Below, one piece after another: positions 56,375 through 64,000 of a stretch of DNA of 64,000 nt. Source of the stretch: an uncultured Methanosarcinales archaeon (GTDB lineage: Archaea; Nanobdellota; Nanobdellia; Woesearchaeales; GW2011-AR9). Under the pieces are notes generated by a model. The model saw only the letters and a program-made list of their open reading frames with translations. It was not told where the DNA came from and did no database searches. A program made the position numbers and the translations under genes. Where the stretch lies: assembly GCA_964604645.1 (NCBI GenBank), contig CAZRZP010000005.1:21938-85937 (forward strand), in the 5' to 3' direction. How positions within the stretch are numbered: the first letter of the stretch is position 1; each line of letters opens with the position of its first letter.

Positions 56375-57519
56375 GTTCAAGAATAACAAAAAGAAATAGA
56401 AAAAGAACGGCTTCTAAACAGTACTACTTGTTTGGTAGCATCAAATCTTATAGATTCCAAAAGCGTATATTTATAGTTTTGTTCATTATCGCTGCAATTT
56501 TAGGGACACTTACAATTGCGCAAGCACGAGGCTTATTGATTCCTAAACAACCATTACCTGCAATTGACGGAAATGTTGTTTATTTAGATTCATTAAATCT
56601 TGAACAAAAAATAGGTCAAATGATTATTACGCACGGTGGTTTGCATAACTTGGAACCATGGAAAAGGATGAATATAGGTGGTATTCATCTATTTGCAATG
56701 GCTGGTCCAGATTTATTTAAAGAAACGATTAACACTTTTCAGAAAGATATGCAAATTCCTTTTTTTGTAACTGCAGATTTAGAAGGATGTTTAAGTCCTT
56801 TCACTTATTTTAGAAATTTCACATTTACAAACAAAATTCATGATGAAGGCGAAGCTTTTGAAAAAGGAAGAATTGAAGGCGAATTTCTAAGTAATTTAGG
56901 TTTTTCGATAAATTTTGCTCCTGTAGTTGACTTAGACGATCAGATTTGGGGGTGCCGTTCTTTTCCTGGAGATGAAAAGCAAATAGCTGAATTAGCGGAA
57001 GCTTATATTTTAGGTTTACAATCTAAAAGCGTACTAGCAACTGCAAAACATTATCCTGGAAAAGCTTTAGTAATTAAGGATCCCCATAAAGATTTAGTGA
57101 GCGCGTCTATAGTTAATGATGATCTTTATCCTTATGAATATTTAGCAGAGAATAACCAGCCGGGTGCAGTTATGGTTACACACGTTATTGCTTTTGGAGA
57201 AGCTGATTCTGGAAATGTCCCATCGGTTGCTGCTGTTCCGCTCTTAGAAGAGTTACAAGATAATTTTGAATCGTTAATCATAACTGACGATACAATGATG
57301 TTAGGTTTAAGAAAATTTTATCCTACTGTTGATGAGATGTATCTTGCTGTATTTAAAGCAGAAAACGATATGGTAATTAATTTTGATGAAGACCCTAATG
57401 AAATTTATCGCATGATTCAGATAATCAAAAAAGCGGTCGAATCTGGAGAAATTTTGGAAGAGAGGATTGATAATTCTGTGCGGAAGATTTTAACCGCGAA
57501 AAAATTCGAGGTAAGATAG
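56371..57519 (+). CDS. glycoside hydrolase family 3 N-terminal-domain protein (NagZ-like), membrane anchored
   Basis: KIGQMII, NFAPVVDL and AKHYPG motifs with an N-terminal TM. The ATG at 56371 is preferred. Confidence 0.8.
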   Translation: MSSRITKRNRKRTASKQYYLFGSIKSYRFQKRIFIVLFIIAAILGTLTIAQARGLLIPKQPLPAIDGNVVYLDSLNLEQKIGQMIITHGGLHNLEPWKRMNIGGIHLFAMAGPDLFKETINTFQKDMQIPFFVTADLEGCLSPFTYFRNFTFTNKIHDEGEAFEKGRIEGEFLSNLGFSINFAPVVDLDDQIWGCRSFPGDEKQIAELAEAYILGLQSKSVLATAKHYPGKALVIKDPHKDLVSASIVNDDLYPYEYLAENNQPGAVMVTHVIAFGEADSGNVPSVAAVPLLEELQDNFESLIITDDTMMLGLRKFYPTVDEMYLAVFKAENDMVINFDEDPNEIYRMIQIIKKAVESGEILEERIDNSVRKILTAKKFEVR

Positions 57520-58261
57520 GTTTCCTTATCTTGTGAATTTCTACACTATGGTCGTTATGTGTTAGTTGAAGAATATCTCCTTGGTCAAGAGGTTCCCAAT
57601 CTAAATCAAGTTTGGGAATTACTTCTGAACTAACTATTGTCATTCCATTTTTCTTTCCAATACTCATTTGATAATATGTTGGAAAATGGTTTTCTCTTAA
57701 AGCAATTACTGATCTTTCTTTTGTTGCTAATATTATGTTGGTCCCAGTTAATTTTTTGTATCTTCTAAAATTCTGTCTAATACCACCCACGAAATGGTCT
57801 TTCCTTAAATCTGTTAGGATTGAATAGAATAGTTTTTCTGAGTCGGTTTCGCCTTTAATGGGGAAAGATGAATCATAATAAATATCTTCATCGATATATC
57901 CATTATGGCAAAAAACATATGTTTGATTATTTTCTTTTTGTTCAATAAAAGGGTGGGTGTTTAATATTGATTTATCGCTTCCCATTTTTTTCCTAACGTG
58001 GATAATCGCTATTTTTGTTTTAAGGGTACGGAATTTATCTACTTTTGTATCACTATAAATTGCGGCCGTAGATTTTTCAATAATCCATTCATTGTTTTCA
58101 TTTAAGAAAGCAATTCCCCATCCGTCGTCGTGTGTCCAACTTCCTTTACCTTTTTCTCTATTTAATTCATGATTAACTGTCTCGTCTTTAGCCATAGCAA
58201 TTGCTGCATCTAAAAGGGAGCTTACGTCCAAGTTTCCTATTCCTATTAACATTCGACACAT
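57425..58261 (-). CDS. class II (Ntn) glutamine amidotransferase-like protein (YafJ/EgtC-like)
   Basis: MCRMLIGIG gives Cys2 as the nucleophile, followed by HDDGWGIAF and NGYI. The 3' end overlaps the convergent GH3 gene by 95 nt. Confidence 0.75.
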   Translation of the reverse strand: MCRMLIGIGNLDVSSLLDAAIAMAKDETVNHELNREKGKGSWTHDDGWGIAFLNENNEWIIEKSTAAIYSDTKVDKFRTLKTKIAIIHVRKKMGSDKSILNTHPFIEQKENNQTYVFCHNGYIDEDIYYDSSFPIKGETDSEKLFYSILTDLRKDHFVGGIRQNFRRYKKLTGTNIILATKERSVIALRENHFPTYYQMSIGKKNGMTIVSSEVIPKLDLDWEPLDQGDILQLTHNDHSVEIHKIRKPILPRIFSRLKSSAQNYQSSLPKFLQIRPLF

Positions 58262-58342
58262 TTTGTTATTATTTGTTGGTATTTTGTTTCCTGTTATTTT
58301 TCCTCTCTAATTTTTTATTTATTTTAAATCTGTTTTGTAATT

Positions 58343-59557
58343 TCAATTCACTGTAGGCTGATATTTTAAACCTTCTTGATACATCTTTCTCGCGAATAGA
58401 TTTGCTTGAGCAGATTGGTTTGGTGTAAATTCTTCTCCTTTATAGCCAAGGAATCGCATGTGGTCCATTATCAACGAAGCAGGATTTTTTCCTGTTGATA
58501 GTAACTCATCTATTGGTTTAAGATATGCTCTGTCTTCTTCAGACAGCCCTTCTTGAGCAAATTCTTTAACGTGGCTTAAATATTTTTTTAACATTTGTGA
58601 TTTTAATCCATATTTGATTGCTTCTTCTTGCATTTTAAGCAAAGTGTTGTGGTTGGGTAGTATTATCTCTGAAGCGCTGAATGAATAATTGTTATCTTCT
58701 GTTGCAATTTTTGTTGGAATGTTTTGCCTTAGCATACGGTCATTTGCTCCTTTATAGATTGCGATTGCTGCCAATGCATACGGTAGTGGGGCAGTATCGA
58801 AAGAACGTACTTCCCACGTTCCTGTTGGCCCAATATCTTGCCTGTTTCTAACTGGATGATATCCTGTGTTCCCTGTGTTATAAACTTCATTGAACTCTTC
58901 TCTGTTCATATTTGAACCTTCAAACCATTGTTCAACTCTTAACTTTCCTCGTTCATCTATTTCATTTATGGAACTTGGATAATTTTGTAATTTGGCATGT
59001 AATGGTAGCTTGTCATATACTATGTTTCTTACTATATTTACTCTTTGGTTGTTTAATCCATTTTTGCCTTTCTCAGAAATTGGTGAAGTTGAAGTGATTC
59101 CGTATGATAACGAATCTAATGAAGTTAGTAATTGGAATTGTTCTATTTTTCTTTCTTTATCTTGATCTATGTGGATGTGGATACCTGCAATTGGACCTAA
59201 CAATTCTGACAATTCTCCTAGATTTTCTCCATAGGCTGAATATCTTGGATTTACTCTTTTAATGCTTTTTCCTGCTCCAAATTCACTTGCTGAGATTGGA
59301 ACAACGTTATATGTTTCGCATATCTTTTCTAAGCCATTTAACTTTTCATATAAATCTTGGTGAATTTCTCTTATGGTTGATTTTGGATCAGAATTAATTT
59401 CGACCATGTTCTTTCTTCCTTCTTTTACTAAATATCCTGAGTTTCTACTATCATTAAGAACTGAATCGGCTAGATTTGCTGTAAATCCGTCGTGATAAGA
59501 AAGAAGCACTTCTACTTCTACTCCCACGTTGGATTTGTATCTCTTTTTTTTATTCAT
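58343..59557 (-). CDS. carboxylate-amine ligase, glutamate-cysteine ligase family 2 (GCS2/YbdK-like)
   Basis: VGVEVEVLL near the N-terminus, the IHIHID metal-site pattern, and a length of 404 aa. Confidence 0.7.
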   Translation of the reverse strand: MNKKKRYKSNVGVEVEVLLSYHDGFTANLADSVLNDSRNSGYLVKEGRKNMVEINSDPKSTIREIHQDLYEKLNGLEKICETYNVVPISASEFGAGKSIKRVNPRYSAYGENLGELSELLGPIAGIHIHIDQDKERKIEQFQLLTSLDSLSYGITSTSPISEKGKNGLNNQRVNIVRNIVYDKLPLHAKLQNYPSSINEIDERGKLRVEQWFEGSNMNREEFNEVYNTGNTGYHPVRNRQDIGPTGTWEVRSFDTAPLPYALAAIAIYKGANDRMLRQNIPTKIATEDNNYSFSASEIILPNHNTLLKMQEEAIKYGLKSQMLKKYLSHVKEFAQEGLSEEDRAYLKPIDELLSTGKNPASLIMDHMRFLGYKGEEFTPNQSAQANLFARKMYQEGLKYQPTVN

Positions 59558-59808
59558 TTGACTTAAACTGATGTTAATGAGACAACCGTAACGCGTTTTC
59601 TTAGTATACGGTCTTCTATACTGGTGGGGTAAATAGTTAAACTATTTAAATATTTGTATTTTCAATTGGGTTTCTTCCTTTTGTTGGTTATTTTATTGTT
59701 TTTTTATATTTTAAAATTCTTTCGAAGTAAGAAAAACTAAGTGGATTTGTAAAAGAAGCTCAAAATCACGTTTATTTGTCTTTTTGGGTCTTATTTGCTC
59801 ATTATGTT

Positions 59809-60405
59809 TTAGAACAAGATCATACGGTGGTCTCTGTACTTCTTACTTTCCAACGATTCAAAAGCTTCATTCATTACTTCTTCTGGAATTGATAAACCGC
59901 CTTGCATCGGATCAATAATCTGAAAATATTTCTCGTTGAAACCATGAATAACTAAATAATTTGAAGTATTCCTTTTTATGTTTCTAAATGGTTTTGCATT
60001 TAATCTTAAGATTATTATTTTACCTTTTTCAAGTTTGCCTTTAACTGTATTCAAATCAATTGATCCTTCATTTATTTTTACTCCATTTATCATTGCTTTC
60101 TTAAGGTGCATTAAAGATGAATCTTTAGCATGTTCAATGTCTTCTTTACTATATCTATAAAACCTGTAATCTGGAAATGAATATTCTCTTTTTTCTACTA
60201 TTACTTCTGGATCTAAACCAACATTTTTTGCATAATTAGCTAACGCATAAATAGAAGAGGCTCTTGTGGGTAGGTTTACTGTCTTTTGCCATATGTCGAA
60301 TTCATTTTCTTTAGTAAGCTTAATTTCTTCTTTAAAGAAGTGAATGATTGTCAGAAGAGACGAAGCTGCGGTAGTAAATTCAGTTGATTGATAATAGATT
60401 TTCAT
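59809..60405 (-). CDS. C39-like (papain-fold) peptidase-domain protein, nucleophile position not Cys
   Basis: YYQSTEFTTAASSLLTII resembles the Q....CGPASL segment of C39-like domains with Cys replaced. NYLVIHGFNEKYFQIIDP resembles the His/Asp segment. Tentative. Confidence 0.4.
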   Translation of the reverse strand: MKIYYQSTEFTTAASSLLTIIHFFKEEIKLTKENEFDIWQKTVNLPTRASSIYALANYAKNVGLDPEVIVEKREYSFPDYRFYRYSKEDIEHAKDSSLMHLKKAMINGVKINEGSIDLNTVKGKLEKGKIIILRLNAKPFRNIKRNTSNYLVIHGFNEKYFQIIDPMQGGLSIPEEVMNEAFESLESKKYRDHRMILF

Positions 60406-60467
60406 AACTTAAGAATACGCATTGAATTATTTAAAATCTTTCATAAAAAGAATGTATCTTTAAAAAA

Positions 60468-60826
60468 CAGGTAGAGTGGTATAAGCCGCCTTTTGTCAGC
60501 CTTGAACCGAATTCAGTATGCTGAATGCCGTTCAAGAGGCTGTGAGAGCATTCTACTAAGCGTGACTTGTGCCTTGCAGCTGCACTTGCACCAGTTCAGA
60601 TTCGCCGTTCCATCGATCCCTGAAGAGACGTCAGCAGGTTAACTCGTTGCCTTCTCAGACAACTTCGCCATTATGTTCAATTGAACTGCATCATTCCATT
60701 CTTCAGGACGTTTCGTTTCTACGCCAGAGCTACGGAATTTCTCCGTCTTCTTTGTGAAGGAACTTTTTTTGGTGGGCGGACTTTCCTCGGTTAATTAACC
60801 GTAAGCTCCCTACCACTGCTACCTAG
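60468..60826 (-). ncRNA. rnpB: RNase P RNA (archaeal type A)
   Basis: The minus strand reads ..CCGAGGAAAGUCCGCCCACC.. (CR-I/P4 5' strand) and ..GACAAAAGGCGGCUUAUA.. (CR-V/P4 3' strand). Terminal helices AGGUAG/CUACCU and AGUGGUA/UACCACU pair. The region is a GC-rich island in AT-rich DNA. Confidence 0.85.
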
Positions 60827-60844
60827 GTTCTATTTTAGGGCCAT

Positions 60845-60856
60845 TTTTATATATTT
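60845..60856 (-). promoter_or_regulatory. TATA box for RNase P RNA
   Basis: The minus strand reads AATATATAAAAA about 25 nt upstream of the predicted RNA 5' end. Confidence 0.45.
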
Positions 60857-60872
60857 TACTAAGAATTTTGTA

Positions 60873-61559
60873 TTATCTCAATATATCAACTTTCAATAAC
60901 AATTTTTCCATGCCTTCTTTATGGCCAGCTCCTACCACTGCTAATATTTTCTTTCCTGGATTTTTTCTTACAAGGCTAATCAATTGTCGGACCATATATT
61001 TATTTCTCTCAGAAACAAAAACTCTATACACAGAAGGATATCTTTTCTTCAGCTGCCCCATCATTTTTTTAATGATTTCTCTCTCTGGAACTTTGGTTAA
61101 ATCAAACTCACTAATTCCAAGTTCTTTCATGGCTTTCTTACCAAAAAACAAGCCTTTGAACAAATCAATAAAAAATCTCCATCTTTCTTTCCAGGTAAGG
61201 TTCTTTGAAAATCTTTTTAGCGTTATACTGATGGGCTGATCTATGAAAGCTATTTCTAATTTATTTTTACCAGCAATCTCTATTGCAGTTTTCATATCAG
61301 AACCAGGCATTACTCCAACCTTCTTCCCTAGCTTTTCCTGTACAAATTGCCCTAATTTAACAAATATAAATCCTTTCACACCTATACTAAGAATTTGTCG
61401 CAATCCAACCTTATTCTTCTTTTTTTGTAATAAAGCAGCAGCTCTTTGCACATCTAATTCTACTGCAATTATGTCTGGTTTATGATTATTTATAGCTTCA
61501 GTTATTTCATTGATGCTTTGCTTGGCAATGTGGGATGTCCCGATTAAAGTAATTGTCAT
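60873..61559 (-). CDS. TraB/PrgY-family protein
   Basis: LIGTSHIAKQS..IIAVELD, PGSDMKTAIE, SERNKYM and AVVGAGHKEGM are the four TraB family blocks. Confidence 0.8.
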   Translation of the reverse strand: MTITLIGTSHIAKQSINEITEAINNHKPDIIAVELDVQRAAALLQKKKNKVGLRQILSIGVKGFIFVKLGQFVQEKLGKKVGVMPGSDMKTAIEIAGKNKLEIAFIDQPISITLKRFSKNLTWKERWRFFIDLFKGLFFGKKAMKELGISEFDLTKVPEREIIKKMMGQLKKRYPSVYRVFVSERNKYMVRQLISLVRKNPGKKILAVVGAGHKEGMEKLLLKVDILR

Positions 61560-61661
61560 TTTATTGTTTATTTGGTCTATTCATTATTAAGTTGATTAAA
61601 GCTACACAACCATAGAAAAGTATTTAAATCTACGGGCTTTCGTCGACTATGGTGAGGTATT

Positions 61662-61934
61662 ATGCTTAAGATGAAAAAAATTTCGGATACGTACGATTTA
61701 AAAGTTTTTACAGATGCAGGAGATTATTTTGGAGATATAGAAGATTCAATTGTTTCTTCAAATAAAGTTTCTGGTTGGAAAATTAAAGCAACTAAAAATT
61801 CTTTCCTTTCTCGGGTTTTGGGTAGTGCTAAAGGTGTTATTGTTCCTCACCAGCTGGTTAAAGCTGTGGGTGACATCTTAATCATTTCTCGGAATGCCGT
61901 TCCTTCAGGACCTTCAGAGGAAGCTGACGAATAA
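61662..61934 (+). CDS. PRC-barrel domain protein
   Basis: 90 aa. It has an LKVFTDAGDYFGDIEDSIV...GWKIK pattern and a GGTGAGG SD upstream. Confidence 0.65.
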   Translation: MLKMKKISDTYDLKVFTDAGDYFGDIEDSIVSSNKVSGWKIKATKNSFLSRVLGSAKGVIVPHQLVKAVGDILIISRNAVPSGPSEEADE

Positions 61935-62079
61935 ATGCAGCGAACTAAATATTATTCTGATTTATTACATTTTTATTACTTGCAAGGCTCTGAAGAAGTA
62001 GAAGAATTTTTGACAATTGCGTCTTAATTAAGTCATTAATTGGCGTAACCTATTTAAACGTGTGTTTATTTCTTTATTT

Positions 62080-63354
62080 ATGGTAGATGTTATTCAAGTT
62101 CTGTTAGGAATTAGTCTAATCTTATTTTTTGGTTTCTTTGCTGAGTTTATTTTTAGAAAATTTAATGTTCCTGACGTTTTATTCTTGATTATTTTAGGAT
62201 TTATCATTGGCCCGAATGTTTGGGGTAAAATAGGTCCAGCTGACATATCTAACATTGCTCCTGTCTTCACTACATTTACTCTTCTTTTTCTTTTATTTGA
62301 TGGTGCGTTTAACATTCACCTTTCCTCTTTGGTAAGAGAATTCTCGCATAGCCTTTTCTTAACTGGCTTTAATTTTATAATCTCAGCTGTTGTGGTATCT
62401 GCTATAATGATTGCTAGCGGTTTTACTTTACTCCCCTCTTTACTAACTGGTTTTTTGTTAGGGGGAGTTTCCTCTTCGTTTGCTATTCCAATTTTAAAAG
62501 AAATGAAAGTAGGGGAGAAAGTTTATTCTTTATTAGCTCTGGAATCAGCACTTACTGATGTTTTTTGTATAGTTTTTTCGTTAACTGTGATTGAAGTTAT
62601 TCGATTAGGTGATTTTGGTATTAAAGCAGCATTAACTCAAATCACTTCTTTGTTTGCAATAGCTGGTTTAGTTGGAGTTGTTGCTGGAATTATTTGGATT
62701 TTTTTATCTATTAAAGTTTTCACTGAGCATAATTATATGGTTTCAATAGCTTATTTATTGTTAATTTACGTATTAACTGAATTCTTAAATGGAAATGGAG
62801 CAATTGCAGCTCTTTTCTTTGGTTTGATGCTTAAGAATAGTAAACAACTTTCTTCGATTATTAGAGGAATTTTATCAAAAAGTGAGAAGGAGAAGAAAAA
62901 GGCCATCAAAGGCGAGTTGGGAGTGAACGTAACTACGCATTCAGAAGAATTTTTTTATCACCAGATTTCTTTTTTCCTAAAAACCTTCTTTTACGTGTAT
63001 ATTGGAATGTTAATTGACATTTCTGATTGGAGAGCTCTGTTAATTGGAATAATATTATCTTTCGTGTTAATGGGTTCAAGGATGGGTTCATTACTGTTGA
63101 CAAAAAAAATGGATGGACCCCATCGCAGTTTAGTTAATTCTATTTTTGCCAGAGGTTTAGCGGCAGCGGCCATTGCTCAGCTAGCATTAGAAGCTAATAT
63201 TCCTTTCGCTGAATTTATCATGAAAGTAGCTTTCGTTACAATTACCGGAACTATTGTTTTGAGTTCTATTAGAGTTTTCTTTGTAAAGAGGAAATTCCCA
63301 AATCCTGCTGAGATAAAAAAAGTAATTAAGAAGAGGGTTAGGAAAGCTGCTTAG
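62080..63354 (+). CDS. cation:proton antiporter (Na+/H+ exchanger family)
   Basis: About 11-12 TM helices with LFLLFDGAFNI and typical CPA spacing. The ATG at 62080 is preferred over the GTG at 62062. Confidence 0.8.
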   Translation: MVDVIQVLLGISLILFFGFFAEFIFRKFNVPDVLFLIILGFIIGPNVWGKIGPADISNIAPVFTTFTLLFLLFDGAFNIHLSSLVREFSHSLFLTGFNFIISAVVVSAIMIASGFTLLPSLLTGFLLGGVSSSFAIPILKEMKVGEKVYSLLALESALTDVFCIVFSLTVIEVIRLGDFGIKAALTQITSLFAIAGLVGVVAGIIWIFLSIKVFTEHNYMVSIAYLLLIYVLTEFLNGNGAIAALFFGLMLKNSKQLSSIIRGILSKSEKEKKKAIKGELGVNVTTHSEEFFYHQISFFLKTFFYVYIGMLIDISDWRALLIGIILSFVLMGSRMGSLLLTKKMDGPHRSLVNSIFARGLAAAAIAQLALEANIPFAEFIMKVAFVTITGTIVLSSIRVFFVKRKFPNPAEIKKVIKKRVRKAA

Positions 63355-63390
63355 GCAAATATTTAAAAAACAACTCATTTTAAAGCACTT

Positions 63391-64000
63391 ATGACAGTAC
63401 AATCATGGTTAATGAATTCAATACCTATTTTACAGAATAAATACGTATTCGCTTTATTAATTCTAATTATATCAGCTATCGCTGGTAAATTAGTATTAGT
63501 TATCTTTAATAGATATCTTATGAGTTTAGCTAAGAAAACAAAAACAAAAGTTGATGATTTAATTTTTGAAAATATCAAGAAACCATTATTCTTTTTAGTG
63601 TTAGCATATGGTCTTAAATTTGCTTTATTTCATCTTGAAATTAATGGAGTTATTTCAAACATAGTTAATTCACTAATGGCGATAGTTTTCTTATTTATTC
63701 TTCTTCGTATTTTTGATATTATTATTGAAACTTGGGGAGTTACTATTGCAGCAAAGACCAAAACAAAAATTGATGAAGTCATACTTCCATTATTTCATAA
63801 AGTTGCCAAAGTAATATTTTTCATAATAGCATTTATGTGGGTTCTAGATATTTGGAAGATAGATATTACTCCTTATTTAGCTGGAGTTGGGATTAGTGGT
63901 TTGGTTTTGGGCTTAGCATTGCAGGATGCAATGAAGAATATATTTGGTGGAATAACTCTTATTTTAGATAAAACATATCAGGTTGGTGATAAAGTGAAAT
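63391..64000 (+). CDS. mechanosensitive ion channel (MscS family), 3' end beyond window
   Basis: The open frame from the ATG at 63391 runs to the window edge and is absent from the ORF track because no stop is reached. AGVGISGLVLGLALQDAMKNIFGGITLILDKTYQVGDKV is the MscS TM3/beta-domain junction. Confidence 0.85.
   Translation, partial: MTVQSWLMNSIPILQNKYVFALLILIISAIAGKLVLVIFNRYLMSLAKKTKTKVDDLIFENIKKPLFFLVLAYGLKFALFHLEINGVISNIVNSLMAIVFLFILLRIFDIIIETWGVTIAAKTKTKIDEVILPLFHKVAKVIFFIIAFMWVLDIWKIDITPYLAGVGISGLVLGLALQDAMKNIFGGITLILDKTYQVGDKVK

Noticed and set aside
60569-60757. 62-aa ORF in a GC-rich island
   Set aside because: It lies inside the RNase P RNA gene, which is on the opposite strand. 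The CR-I and CR-V motifs and the terminal pairing account for the GC content.
60868-61485. ORFs 60868-61239 and 61243-61485 on the plus strand
   Set aside because: They are antisense to the well-supported TraB-family gene (60873-61559). Their low-complexity hydrophobic translations are typical of AT-rich antisense frames.

Overview
AT-rich (about one-third GC by eye) archaeal chromosome segment. Its gene content and style point to a small-genome DPANN-type archaeon (inference). The core (26.7-41.5 kb) is the archaeal ribosomal-protein supercluster in canonical order: uL3-uL4-uL23-uL2-uS19-uL22-uS3-uL29-SUI1-Rpp29-uS17-uL14-uL24-eS4-uL5-uS14-uS8-uL6-eL32-eL19-uL18-uS5-uL30-uL15-SecY, followed by a DUF106/EMC3-like insertase and, further on, eL34 and eL14. 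The adk and cmk genes that usually sit in this context are absent. Other housekeeping genes are TrpRS, PheRS alpha and beta, GyrA (no adjacent gyrB), Hef helicase-nuclease, PCNA, RNase J-like beta-CASP, Pelota, ScpB, a circularly permuted GTPase, a TrmB regulator, an ABC-2 exporter, a CPA antiporter and MscS (3' truncated by the window end). Two RNA genes are hidden under spurious ORF calls. One is a tRNA-Leu(CAA) that appears to carry two introns (21495-21659). The other is an archaeal type-A RNase P RNA on the minus strand (about 60468-60826). I found no CRISPR array, rRNA, integrase or transposase. The items most worth a second look are listed here. (1) The doubly interrupted tRNA. (2) A translationally coupled trio of small coiled-coil/Pro-rich proteins with an ESCRT-III-like N-terminal motif (20255-21434). 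(3) A four-gene cluster of unrecognisable envelope proteins, one with a class-III (type IV pilin-like) signal motif (51114-55631). (4) A carboxylate-amine ligase, class-II amidotransferase and C39-like trio with a structured leader (57425-60405). (5) A 92-nt palindromic element flanked by 13-bp direct repeats (26151-26273). (6) Very long low-complexity tails on ribosomal proteins, especially uL22. All family assignments come from motif recognition by eye; no searches were run.
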